From: Octopus vulgaris
Lineage: Eukaryota
Assembly (NCBI GenBank): GCA_951406725.2
Contig: OX597817.1
Coordinates: 141,980,001-142,044,000 of the forward strand
Direction of reading: 5' to 3'
DNA length: 64,000 nucleotides
Under the pieces are notes generated by a model. The model was not told the origin of the DNA. It saw only the letters and a list, made by a program, of their open reading frames with translations, and did not search any database. A program made the translations under genes and the position numbers. Of the stretch, positions 37,534 through 51,365 are shown one piece after another. Each line of letters starts with the position of its first letter. The first letter of the stretch is position 1.

Positions 37534-37683
37534 TGTGTGTATGCGTGCGTGTGTGTGTGTGCGTGTAATTGATCGTAAGAGTGGATGACATCAGGTACCT
37601 CAACAGTGAGCGTGCTTTAATCGGCATACTAATAAACATGCGCCTAAAGAACAAACAGTCCTAATAGTTACACACATACAGAC

Positions 37684-37719
<36 letters not shown>

Positions 37720-38024
37720 TTATACACACTCACGAATATATATATTCACATGCTTATATGTATCTCTGTCATCTTTTGTTACTGTCTCTACTTATCTGTT
37801 ACTTTGAATTGCGATCCATGTCGATGTCTCTAATTTACTACAATCAGTCTCGATCTTTATGTGTGACAGAGAAACGCAACATTTCGTGCATTATTTTTGT
37901 AGCATGTCACAACGACCTAATCTTTAAGGCAACAAAAAATCCAACAGCAAGCCTGTTTTCAATAATTTATCCAGATATTATTTAACCAAGCGTATACATA
38001 AACAAACACATATGCACGCACACA

Positions 38025-38092
<68 letters not shown>

Positions 38093-38094
38093 TG

Positions 38095-38477
38095 GGTGCA
38101 GGCGTGGTAAGTAGCTTGCTTACCAACCACATGGTTCCGGGTTCAGTCCCACTGCGTGGCACCTTGGGCAAGTGTCTTCTGCTATAGCCTAGGGCCGACC
38201 AAAGCCTTGTGAGGGATTTGGTTGACGAAAGCTGAAAGAACCCCGTCGTATATATGTATGTGTATATATATGTGTGTCTGTGTTTGTCCTCCCCCCCCCA
38301 ACATCGCTTGAAAACCGATGCTGGTGTGTTTACGTCCCCGTAACCTAGCGGTTGAGCCATAAGTGACCGATAGAATAAGTATTAGGATTTCAAAGAATAA
38401 GTCCTGGAGTAGATTTCTCCGAGTATAGTCGGTGCTCCAGCATGGTCACAGTCAAATAACTGAAACAAGCAAAAGAG

Positions 38478-38478
<1 letters not shown>
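38095..38478 (+). mobile_element. Family-A SINE
   Basis: Collinear with the family consensus. Confidence 0.85.
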
Positions 38479-38517
<39 letters not shown>

Positions 38518-38807
38518 CTGAAACGCGTCTGTAGCTGTCGGACTGGCAGTGTGAAGCGGCTGACCTCCCTTGTTAGAAGGTTATAATCGATACAGATTGT
38601 GTATCAATAGCTATCTTAAGGCGATGGCCTCATGGAGCTAATCAGCGGCAGTGTTTATTCTTATATCTATAAGAATGCCATATTAATATCGCGATAACAA
38701 TTAATTTCCAGTAACGCTGCCGTAATCTCTTTTATAGAGACTTAGTAATTTTAATATTTCTATTATATATATATATATATATATATAATTTAATTCTATG
38801 TAATTAG

Positions 38808-38891
38808 GCAGCTGAGGATTGCTCTGCATTTGAAGTGATGAAATGGTTGCATTGTTCAAACTAAATGGAACGCTTGAAACGATCGTACTGT
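38808..38891 (+). ncRNA. Putative type I hammerhead ribozyme (family of 17602-17687)
   Basis: GCAG-CTGAGGA-[~57 nt]-GAAAC-GATC-GTA-CTGT; palindromic stem III ACGATCGT; between (TA)n tracts. Confidence 0.6.
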
Positions 38892-39043
38892 ATTACCCCT
38901 GGATATTCCATTGCTTCGTTTGATTTTAATCACCTTAATTGATACTGTATGGATAATACCGTACTAAATTTTGATGCCTCAACTTAAGTACCTAATTCAT
39001 CTGAATCTAATATTTAGCTATATACATACTTACATTCATATAT

Positions 39044-39131
<88 letters not shown>

Positions 39132-40171
39132 AATGTGTGTATGTTTTATGTAATTATGTATGTATGCGTGTGTGTGTATTTACACATTTTCCCCCATATA
39201 TGGTGAAGGAATTGTCATCCGTTTGCAACGTAATTGGAAAGTATATCTGGAAAGTAAGCGAAATATCACTGACTTTTTTCTTAGCTTATTATCAAATCCT
39301 TATTGGTAATTCGTATCGGAATGTTCTTACCTGAAATACACTGGAGATAACATATACTAGTTCAGGATAGCAGAGGAAATACAAAATGTATTAGGTATAT
39401 TATTAATTGTATTATAGATCTCAGATATTTTTACACAAGGAATATACGTTGGATTTCTAATTAATCCGGATTCGCTTCACTTCGGCAAACAGCGCCGGTG
39501 ATTACTTGGTTCCTAGAAAGTTTTGAGTTCAAGAGTAGGGCAAGCTATGGCTTTGTCGTGGTTGTATCATTATTCTTATTTCAAACCCACTGCATCATAT
39601 GCACAGGTGAAGGTACAGTGAAAGAGATAGTTGTGTCCAAAACAAATGTTTCTAGTCGCAAAGGAATACTATATACTTTACAAAATTTTAGTTTAAAAAT
39701 TTAACGTGCATGATGTCATGTATGTATGGATGGATATTATTTAAAGCAATTTGATTCGACTTCAAGTGACTTAGCTTCGCAGCCGTCTAGCGGAAACCTA
39801 GGTTGTTGAGGCACAGATTACCGACCCCGTATGTATATGTGTGTGTGTGTATTTATATTTATATACATATGTATATATTTATGTATGTCATTATTCAGTT
39901 TTGTTTCAAGATTTCTTGTCAATAGAGAAAGACCGGTTTCTAACCCAGCTCCAAATCTCCTTCATTGGAATTTCAACAACATCAGTGTATTTTTGTGTGC
40001 ATGTATGTCTCTTTTATTTATCAATTATTATAAATCTTCCACTGAGGAGGGAGCTGGTTTCCAACAAAGAAACAAGGCTCCATGTTTGTGATGTAGTTAA
40101 CACAGACAAATTCACATTTGGAACTTGGGAAATGTCTTGCATATTTTTTCTGTTCCTCTCAATGTACGTAC

Positions 40172-40535
40172 GTATGTATGTATGTATGTATGTATGTATG
40201 TATGTATGTATGTATGTATGTATGTATGTATGTATGTATGTATATGTGCAGATTTGTATGTTTTGTTTTATGCATGTATTTTCATGCATATAATTGCATA
40301 TCTAGAAATGCTCATATGCATTTAGATGATAAATGTCTGGTAAGTTTTACAGATTTTTACAATTCCATTGATGGACTGGATCTGTAGTCTTCGAATCAGT
40401 TTCCCTTTTTCCGGTTTTCAGAAGCCTAATTTCTCAAAATTGTTTATGCATGTATGTATGTATGTATGTATGTATGTATGTATGTATGTATGTATGTATG
40501 TATGTATGTATGTATGTATGTATGTAGATAGGTAG

Positions 40536-40566
<31 letters not shown>

Positions 40567-40627
40567 TGTATGTATGTATGTATGTATGTATGAAGGTAGG
40601 TAGGTAATTTGGTAGGTAGGTAGGTAT
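40172..40627. repeat. (TATG)n / (TAGG)n tetranucleotide microsatellites
   Basis: Directly visible at 40172-40243 and 40450-40627. Confidence 0.9.
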
Positions 40628-41168
40628 GTTGCAATCTATGTGGGTGTCTTTTCAAAACTGTCTGGATTAAAAAAGCCACATCAGATTTCTTGATGGTTTT
40701 AAGGTATAGGTACAGAAGGTGGTCAAACTCTGCATAAGGAGTGGGCAACCACTGTGTACGTATGTTTGTATACATATGAATGGTGTAATTGAATTGACCA
40801 GTGGTGGGATTAGACAGAGATTATCTGCCGGACGGAGAAATGGTCGGAATTCTTTAGACAGAAGAGGATGGAGGCCAGTAAGGGCTGTCGATAATCTGCC
40901 AAGTGCTGATGTTTCGTAGATTAAGCTAATAGTTTAAGAAGTCATTTTCAGTGTTCGGAAACATATCACTTACTAATGCCACATCTTTTCGTGTGTGGTA
41001 TACCTTCACATCCGTTGTTTATAAGATTATTTAACCACTCCGTTGAAGGTTAACATATTTTTCAGAAAATAAAGTACAAGTGAACCGAATGTCAAAGATA
41101 ATGACCAGAAGAAATTAAAGACATTTCTACGAAGAAAGCAGAAGTAGTAAATGACCGTCATCTGCGTT

Positions 41169-41461
41169 TAATCTTTATTCAGTGGGGATGTTATTATGAC
41201 GCTTATGATATTTATGAGAAAATTGATGAATTTTTGAGTTAGATCTAAATCTGAAACATAGGCAGAAATATACCTTGTCTGCTGCCAAAGATCAGACAAT
41301 TTCGACAATCGAGTGTAATCTTTATTCAGCTGGGATGTATTATGAATTAGTTAGAGATACTTGTGCTGTTTACGAGAAAAGTGATGAATGGGAGAGTTAG
41401 ATCTAAATGCTGATGGTAGATAAAAAAAAAAATACGCTCTTATACGAAAGATCAGACAATT
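41169..41461 (+). repeat. Old tandem duplication, ~150-bp unit
   Basis: TAATCTTTATTCAG...GAGTTAGATCTAAAT...AAAGATCAGACAATT occurs twice. Confidence 0.75.
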
Positions 41462-42127
41462 ATTACTCACATCGAATTACGTATCTTCAAGTTTAATTAA
41501 TCGAAAATTCAGTACGTTAACTTATTTTAATGTTGTTTTTTTGTCGGTGGTAGATTTTTTTCTATATTCTTTCTTTATTCGTGTTTTTTTTTTTTGCAGT
41601 CGTACTTTCCTTTCTCTGATCGACTTCAGTAATGTTCAATGATAATCTGATATCGACACAGAACAAGTATTGATTGATTAAAATTAACGCGTTTCCCACA
41701 ATCTTCGAACGAGCGCTCACTTTCTACCCCACAAGAAAACCCAGAAATATCTACATATATACATACGTGCATATACACGCACGCACGCACAGACACACAC
41801 ACATATACACATACACACGCACATACATGTATATATAAATATGTATATAATAAAGATAATTCTAGGATGGAATTTATAAATATTTAATACGTCGATACCT
41901 AGGTTTCCACAAATTACATGATTTAGACCTCAGAGTCAATATCCTTGGGATTATCCGTGAGCATCCGGTTGATCATCATCATTGATTGATTTCATTAGGC
42001 GATACTGCATTATTGGATGGATTACAGAGTGAGGTTTATCACTTCTTACCAGGATGAAGGACAATCAAGCTATACTGAAGGATATAGACTCTCATGTCAA
42101 AATCATATGGTTTGTGGAAACCTACGT

Positions 42128-42718
<591 letters not shown>

Positions 42719-42857
42719 ATCCCATCCTAGAATTATTGTTATTAAATTTGTCCTACATTATATCGGTATAAGTGACTCAGTAGTCAATATCATTAGACGG
42801 TAGCCGGCATAAAGGAATAGGAACATTATCTGCATACCCGTAACGTAAATTTAAACG

Positions 42858-42896
<39 letters not shown>

Positions 42897-42943
42897 TAAA
42901 TGAAAGAATGGAGTCGAACGAAGATGTTAACAAAATTCCATTA

Positions 42944-43025
42944 CTCTCGACATATGTTTCGAAGATAACATGGTTTCATTCCAAAGGAATAAAAGGTGCA
43001 TTATGCAATATTCTCATCAGGAAAG
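42944..43025 (-). ncRNA. Putative type I hammerhead ribozyme, canonical core
   Basis: Reverse strand CTTTC-CTGATGA-GAA...TTC-GAAAC-ATAT-GTC-GAGAG: G10.1-C11.1 pair, GUC triplet, palindromic ACATATGT stem III; overlaps the left arm of inverted repeat 42891-42966 / 43292-43369. Confidence 0.75.
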
Positions 43026-43516
43026 AAAGGGAGCCTCTCTCGACAACAAGACAAACAAAAATTTCGATGACTGCCTACATGGTAAACAAAACGATAATGA
43101 GTGTTTCTTAAAAAAAACCGTTAGAAGAATTGACGTCAAGGATAGATAGTAGGAAGAGAAGGGTTAAAGGAATAATAGGTAGGGAAGAAGTAGAGAGAGA
43201 AGGGTACGTTGATTGAAAGAATATTCGAAGGCTTAGGAAAGAATTTCGCTATTGAAGTGGAGTGCACGTGAAGCTAATTGTTCAAACCACAGTGTCTTCG
43301 AAACATAAGTGGAGAGTAAAGGAATTTTGTTAACATCTTCGTTCGACTCCATTCTTTCATTTATTCATACACAACACACAAATTTCTGCACATGAACCCG
43401 GAGTTTCTACCCTTGGACAGGTCGCTTCAACCGTGTTTCTGACGTGAATTTGCTACCCTGGTTTCGGTTAAACGAATTTTCCATGCTGACGATAAACATA
43501 GGATAATTCATTCACC

Positions 43517-43557
<41 letters not shown>

Positions 43558-43559
<2 letters not shown>

Positions 43560-43931
43560 TAGCAGTATCGCCCGGCGTTGCTCAGGTTTGTAAGGGAAAT
43601 AACTATAAAGCATTTTTAGAGAGTTATAGCCAAAAAATAGCAAAAAAATGATGGTAAATTTTTTTTTGAGTTAAAAAAGGTTGAGTTGCGTCCCCTAGAC
43701 AGTCTGTGGTTTGTTTCTGATTCTCGACCCCATGTCGATTTTATCGACTTTTTTTCAGAACTGGGGGAACTTTTCAAAATTTTCGCTGCGTTAGTTTTGA
43801 ATTATGACATTGGGCTATGTGTGTGTCAAGTTTCATCAGAATCGGTTGAAAGCCGTGGTCAGGGTGAGGGTACAAGCAAACATACACACAGAAACACGCA
43901 CAGACAAACTGCCGTTTATATATAGAGAGAT
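43558..43931 (+). mobile_element. Non-autonomous Helentron/HINE (DINE-1-like) element
   Basis: 5' ACTAGCAGTATCGCCCGGCGTTGCTC, internal AAGTTTCATCAGAATCGGTTGA, subterminal (ACAG/ACAC) microsatellite, 3' TTTATATATAGAGAGAT. Confidence 0.65.
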
Positions 43932-44233
43932 ATATATATATATAATGTGTGTGTGTGTGTGTAATTATAAATAAGGGCAAAAAGAAAGAAATGACGTTGC
44001 CAATATGCTAAAAAATAGACACTAAATCGTAATAATATAAGTGAAAATATTTTATGTTGTTAGACGACTTTGCGTCTATTTCTCAGCATATTGGCAAAGA
44101 ATTTTTTTTTTCTTTTTGTCCTTATTTATAATTCTATTTATAATTTTAACCATAAAAGATATTTTTCATATGCTGGCCACTGATAAAAATTTTTTTTATA
44201 AAATGTTATCCTTATATGTGAAGTATACATTTA

Positions 44234-44301
<68 letters not shown>

Positions 44302-44306
44302 CATAT

Positions 44307-44464
44307 ATAGAATGGTTGTATACTGTCAATCTAACGTGAACGTGACAGCAGGGGATTACACCACCGCTGTTTAGCCCTAGGAAGGGCTTCCTAGGGCTAA
44401 ACAGCGGTGATGTAATCCCCTACTGTCACGTTCACGTTAGATTGACAGTATACAACCATTCTAT
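44307..44464. repeat. Near-perfect 158-bp palindrome
   Basis: 78-bp arms, 2-nt spacer (GG at 44385-44386), two mismatches. Confidence 0.95.
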
Positions 44465-44513
44465 CGCCCCACCACCGTACATATCTCTATGAGATATTTA
44501 GAAATTTTATATT

Positions 44514-44558
<45 letters not shown>

Positions 44559-44629
44559 TATAAATAAGAAATGGAAGACAAAACAATAAATTGAACAATT
44601 ATAAATTCAATTTAAAAATTTTATACAAA

Positions 44630-44680
<51 letters not shown>

Positions 44681-44861
44681 ATACTCACTCATACACACAT
44701 AAGCACATAGACGCACACATATGTGAGTGTCTGTGTGCGGGTATGTATGTATGTATACGTAGAGAATTGAATACCAGAAAATGGATTGGACAGGCTTTAT
44801 TTCAAATCGGCACAGTTGTTACGGCGCACCATTACTGTCTGATAATTGCCATTTTTTTACA

Positions 44862-45206
44862 TATCGGGGGGACCCCGTTCGGTCACGACACTGACCATGG
44901 GATTGCACCTAGAAAGTTACCTTCCTAGTTACAAGTCTAGGCAAGGTGGTTTATGGAAGACCAGCAGTCGCCCATGCATACCGGCCTCCCCTCTCCACGC
45001 CGCCAGTGTTATCCAAGGGAAAGGCAAAGGCCGATACAGCTTGGCACCTGTGACGTCGCAACTCATTTCTACAACTGAGTGAACTGGAGCAACATGTAAT
45101 AAAGTGTCTTGCTCAAGAACACAACACGCAGCCCGGTCCAGGATTCGAGCTCACAACCTCACGATCGTAAGCTCGACGCTCTAACCACTGAGCCATGCGT
45201 CTTCAC
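44862..45206 (-). mobile_element. tRNA-derived CORE-like SINE (family D)
   Basis: Reverse strand GTGAAGACGCATGGCTCAGTGGTTAGAGCG...CTCGAATCC, then TGTGTTCTTGAGCAAGACACTTT. Confidence 0.8.
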
Positions 45207-45530
45207 TATTTTACATATATCCTATACATTATTGCATTGATATGACTCATCATTAGCTGCATACATGCAGGTCTTCGAGGGAATTGAGACCCAAGCGCTG
45301 CTTAGATCATATTTAGTTTCTCTTTGTTTTATGCCCACACCATGATGGTGTTTTTACCATTCCATTGACGAAGGTTCGCACGAGAAGGCATGAGAAGAAA
45401 TGAGAAAAAAGACTAAAAACAAAATCATGTAAATAAAAAAATTAATAAAAAACAGCACGTGGCAATCGGTGTTGGTTTGTTTACATATCCGTAACTAACC
45501 CAGGCGTTCAGCAGAAGATAAGGTTAGAAA

Positions 45531-45741
45531 TGTGGCGAGCTGGCTGAAACGTTAGCACGCCGGGCGTGATGCCTAGCGGTATTTCGTCTGTTTTTACGTT
45601 CTGGGTTCAAATTCCGCCGAGGTTGACTTTGCCTTTCATCTTTTCGGGGTCGATGAATTAATTACCAGTTGTGCACTGGGTTCAATCTAATCGAGTAGCC
45701 TGCTCGTCAAAAATTTCGGGCCTTGTACCTAGAGTAGAAAA
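45531..45741 (+). mobile_element. Family-C SINE inserted into a family-A fragment
   Basis: Flanked by AGATAA(GG/AA)TTAGAA duplication near 45515 and 45744. Confidence 0.75.
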
Positions 45742-45819
45742 GGAGATAAAATTAGAATAAGTACAAGATATAAGAATAAAATAAGAATGGGGTCGATTTG
45801 CTGGATTAAATCACTTCAA

Positions 45820-46383
45820 GAAAAATCACTAATCCATATGTTTATGAGAATATGATTGCTTCATTTACTAGCTTGATATTGAATTTAGTCTGAAAACCCT
45901 CCATAAATTTTTTTCTAACTACTGAGAATTTAAGATTATTGTGTTATAATATAAATTACTGTTTGTGCCTGTAGCTGAGATTGCTGCAGAAATAAGCCTC
46001 CATTCCAGGACATAAACCAAAGAATTGATGTCTTAGATTCCCTAGGATATATATATATATATACACTCCTTTACAATGACAGAAACAAGTAAAAAAATGT
46101 AATGGAATATTTATATATATCCTAGGGAATCTAAGACATCAATTCTTTGGTATATGTCCAGGAATAGAGGTATATTTCTGCACATATATCTTTAGAAATT
46201 GAATAAATACAGAATTAACAATCTCAGATACAGGCACAAATAATAATATATATTTTAACTCGGTAATCTTAAATTCTCAGCAGTTACAAAAAACTTTATG
46301 GAGGGTTTTCAGCCTAAATTCGATATCAAGCTAGTGAATGAAGCAATCATATTCTCATAAACATACGGATTAGTGATTTTTTT
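45820..46383. repeat. Fold-back repeat, ~235-270-bp arms around a TA-rich spacer
   Basis: 45820-46055 is inverted at 46111-46383; a third partial copy at 49795-49920. Confidence 0.85.
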
Positions 46384-46404
46384 TTAGTAAAGAATATTGA
46401 TTCG

Positions 46405-46885
46405 GTGAAAGAGATGAGCTGCTGGAAGCAGCTAAAGAAATTGAAGCTCTACACCCTAGAGAGATGGTTCGAAGGGTATGCAGTGATATACATATAGGAG
46501 ATCCTGGAAGGCGCTGCTCCCAGCTTTAAGATTGAAAACTATACCAACCACCTAAGTGGAGGTCACTGCAGTGTACCAAAAATCCTGTCATCTCAATCTA
46601 GAAGGGCCCGAGACTGTAACAGCTTGGGTTTCAAGGGACCAGAACTGTTTGGTGTTCTGCCAAACTACCTCAGAGATATGCGCAGGTCTTGAAAGAGCAT
46701 CTGGATAATTTTTTATGTGAGATACCAGTAGAAGCTATATTGTGGCAGAAAGCACAAAGGAGAGCAGCTCCGTCCAACTCGCTACTGTACCAAAAACAGT
46801 AGAGAAAAGAAACCCAAACGCACTGAGAGGTGGGACTCCAGCATGGCCTCAGCCTCTGGCTGGAAACGAGTAAAGCGTAAGAGTT
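46405..46885 (+). mobile_element. CR1-like LINE 3' relic including the 3' terminus
   Basis: MSCWKQLKKLKLYTLER...SLGFKGPELFGVLPNYLRD; ends GGTGGGACTCCAGCATGGCC...GAAACGAGTAAAG. Confidence 0.7.
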
Positions 46886-46940
46886 TTAAAACTGAATATT
46901 GGAGAGTTACAACTTTTCACCTGCTGAAAGAACTTCCTAT

Positions 46941-47348
46941 AGGCGCAGAAGTGGCCGTGTGGTAAGTAGCTCGCTTACGAACCACATGGTTCCGGGTTCA
47001 GTCGCACTGCGTGGCACCGTGGGCAAATGTCTTCTTCTATAGCCTCGGGTCGACCATAGACTTGTGAGTTGATTTGGCAGACGGAAACTGAAAGAAGCCC
47101 GTCGTATATGTATATATATGTATATGTATATGTTTGTGTGTCTGTGTTTGCACCCCCCCCACATCACTTGACATCCGATGCTGGTGTGTTTATATCCCTG
47201 TAACTTTAGCGGTTCGGCAAAAGACACGATAAAATAAGTATTAGGTTTCGAAAAGAATAAGTTCTGGGGTCGATTTGTTAGACTAAAAGCGATGCTCCAG
47301 CATGGCCGCAGTCAAATGACTGAAAAGAGTAAAGAGAGAGTAAAGAGT
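46941..47348 (+). mobile_element. Family-A SINE, full length
   Basis: GGCGCAGAAGTGGCCGTGTGGTAAG head, GGTTCAGTC B box, standard tail. Confidence 0.9.
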
Positions 47349-47594
47349 ATATATGTATGTGTGGGTGTATATGTGTGTGTATCTGCGTCTGTGTATGTTT
47401 GCGTATGTGTGAGTTTGTGAGTGTCTGTATGTATTTATGCGTACGTATCAGTGTGTAATTAGTATCTAAACTCTTATAAAATGTACAAGTCTTTCAGAAA
47501 AATGACCGTCCTCATTAAGAATGTTGGCAGCTTTTACAACATAGGCGATAACCTTATCGTGCATGTATGTCGACACACACACACACACACACAC

Positions 47595-47665
<71 letters not shown>

Positions 47666-47672
47666 TACATAC

Positions 47673-47707
<35 letters not shown>

Positions 47708-47710
47708 TAA

Positions 47711-47779
<69 letters not shown>

Positions 47780-48396
47780 ATATACATATATGTATATGTA
47801 TATCTGCATGTGTATTGGTCGGAGATGATCGCACAGGGAGCATTTTTTTCAGGCTCTCTTAATACCACCCCAATATAGTTCTACGCTGAATCTGCCATAT
47901 AATCCTTCATAAGATCCTTAATTTGATTCCAAGCTATGTAATAATGCCTAAAACCAAAGTGTTTTCTGAAGCAACTGCTCATAAATATTTGCATCGCAGC
48001 ATTATTCGTCAGTAGAAATAAATATCGATTTTTATTTTTTCAGAACTTTAATTTATGTGTTTTTCAAAATAGCAGAAATTTATTGTTTTAAAGAAATAAC
48101 TTCAACAAACTCACATTACAATGCAAATTGTAAACTGAATGAATGCATGTATGTACGTATATGTATATATATACACGGGAGTGAATGTCTCTGCGTATGT
48201 GTGCTTGTGTGTGTGGGGGGCTTATATGTGCGTATGTGTGCATAAAACACATGCACACATATATATATATGTATGCATATATATAGGAATAGATATATAT
48301 ATAAACGTATGTATATATATATACATACACACATATGTACATACACACACAAACACACACAGACACACACACACACATATATATATACATACGCAT

Positions 48397-48430
<34 letters not shown>

Positions 48431-48643
48431 GTGTATATATATATATATGCATGTATGTATGTATGTATGTGTGTATGTATGTATGTATGTATGTATGTAT
48501 GTATATATAGGTATATGTGTATGCATATTGTTCGAACTTCATCGCACAGTTTTGTTTAAACAAAACTGTCCGACGAACGGCAACATTAAATTGTGAGTAA
48601 CAGACTTTTGTGATATTTCTGCTGCTTTTTCATAAAGCATATA

Positions 48644-49702
48644 TATATAAATGCAGTGTACATCTAAACACAAAAGAGGTATCTATCATAGGACTACCTG
48701 AACGCTAGAGAGAGCAGTTGAATCCCAAACCACTATTAGGGATAAAATTTCGAATGGAATTAAAAAGAAAAACATTTACCATCTAACTCTTGGACCAATG
48801 GTTTCAAACGTTTCTAGCAAATAAAATAATTTGCTAGGAGAGGCCTTCTTCATCAGGTACACCTTAGATTAAATATACACGAGACAATCCAGTATATGCC
48901 CTGTACTTATACATTCTAAGTTTTCAAATCTAGCTCGCAAGCGCAGTTCCGTGTGGGAATTAAATAAATATGCCGGCTATTTCATTTTGAAAACTATCCA
49001 AGAAAAAGTTTACCAATAATTAATATCAAAAGGGTAATCTGAAATATTAGAAATTTCCATTACCAGTGGCCTAGCGTGTAAAAGTTTTAGTTCAATAGAC
49101 TATATATTATTCATATAAATACAGTGTACATTAAAAAATTAAAGATGTATCCATCACAGGACTACCTGCACGCTAGAGAGAACAGTTACATTCCAAACCA
49201 CTATTAGGGATACAATTTAGAATGGAATGAAAAATAAAAACATTTACCATCTAACTCCTGGGCCACTTGTTTCAGACTTTTTTTTAGGAAATAAAATAAT
49301 TTGCTGCGCGAAGCCTTCTTCAGCGGGTGCACCTTAGATTAAATATGTATACACCAGACAATCCAGTATATGCCGCGTTCTTGCGCAGTAGATTTGTAAA
49401 ATTAGAATGTATAAGCACGGGGCAAATTATTTTATTTGCTAAAAAAAGTCTGAAACAATTGGTCCAGGAGTTAGATGGTAAATGCTTTTATTTTTCATTC
49501 CATTCGAAATTTTATTTGTAATAGTGGTTTGGAATTTAACTGTCCTCTCTAGCGTGCAGGTAGTCATATGATGGACTACCCCTTTTGTGCTTAAATGTAC
49601 ATTGTATTTATATGAATAATATATAGTCTATTGACTAAATTTTTTACACGTTACGCCACTGGTAATGGACATTTGTAATATTTCAGATTACCCTTTTTAT
49701 AA
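48644..49702. mobile_element. Older HHR-bearing tandem plus inverted array, 469-bp unit
   Basis: Unit starts at ~48644 and ~49113 (1.55 copies), then inverted segments 49375-49702; HHR motifs at 48789-48857 (-) and 49257-49327 (-), 3' half at 49447-49468 (+). Confidence 0.8.
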
Positions 49703-49919
49703 CATATATAAATATTGCTAGATTAAAACATTTAATAGTGGTGCACCAGCATGGCCACCGTCCAATGACTGAAAGAAGTAAAAAATGTAAAGGAATATAT
49801 ATATTCTAGGCAATCTGAATCATCAATTATTCGGTATATGTGAAGGAATTAAAGCATATTTCTGTACATATACCTTTAGAAATATGAACATATACAATAT
49901 CAACAATCTCAGAGACAGG

Positions 49920-49969
<50 letters not shown>

Positions 49970-50304
49970 TCAGGGTGAATAGTTGATAAATGTAAGCACA
50001 TGTATATGCCAGCTAGTAGCATAGGTGATAGGATATATGTATCAAATGAAATAAATGAAAACCAGGATGTTGCGGTACATATGTTTCGGGCTTTATAGAA
50101 CAACTTATTCTTACATCAATGCATAATCGACATAACAGATAGTTGAAAAGCCTTCTTCAGCCGCGTGCAATTGCTACACCAAAGACTTGTATCACATTAT
50201 AAAAGGTCTGAGAAAAAATATTTGGTATTGTTTATAATGGTTTACCTACCATTATAAACAATACCAAATGTATATATATATATAAATATATATGTGTGTG
50301 TGTG

Positions 50305-50335
<31 letters not shown>

Positions 50336-50384
50336 ATATGTATGCACACACACACAAACACATACCACATACATACACACAAAC

Positions 50385-50427
<43 letters not shown>

Positions 50428-51202
50428 TAGATAGATAGATAGATATTTGTATTTATATATATACATACATACATACATATATTCGTGTGATTGTTTATCT
50501 ACATATAGGTTTTGCCTATGTCTGTCTACATCCCTGTCTGTCTATCGCTGACTCTTTCTTATCAAATCTATTTATTTATCACTCTCTATCTATCTATACA
50601 TCTATCCATCTATCTTTCACTTTCGCTTTCCCTTTATCTATCCCTCTCTATTTATCAATCTATCTATCTATTTTTCCATATTCCTCAATATTCCTATTCT
50701 TCGTACCTTGCTCCTGGAAATTTTTCCTCATTACTCTTCTCAGAAACATCATCGAAATTCATTTCCCATTTTGTATGAAGTTGTTTACTTCACACCATTT
50801 TGTTTGTTATCATTTCGCCTCTCTTTACAAACAGCTGTCAGCTGAAATATACAATCAACCCACTTCCATCAACGCCCCCTGCCAAAAACAACACAATCAG
50901 AACCACCGCCGCCGCACGACTCACTTCAAAGAGTTAATTTAAATTTACAGGTGATGGAAAACTAGGTAGATATTCTGGCATGGTTATTTAAAAACCTATT
51001 GTGGAAATACAGCTTCATTTTCACGTTGTTAATAAATTTTCTATTACTGTTGACTTCCCCAAGGGTAACCTGTAGCATTGCATATAGGTGTGTGTTTGTG
51101 TGTGAGTGTATATATGCATATGTGTGTGTGAGTTTGTGTTTGTATGTGTGTGTGTGTGCGGGTATATATATATATATATATACATATACATGTATATATA
51201 TA

Positions 51203-51247
<45 letters not shown>

Positions 51248-51319
51248 ATGCACACACAGATACACACAAACACACAGGCACACACAGGCACACACACACA
51301 CACTCACACACACACACAT

Positions 51320-51365
<46 letters not shown>

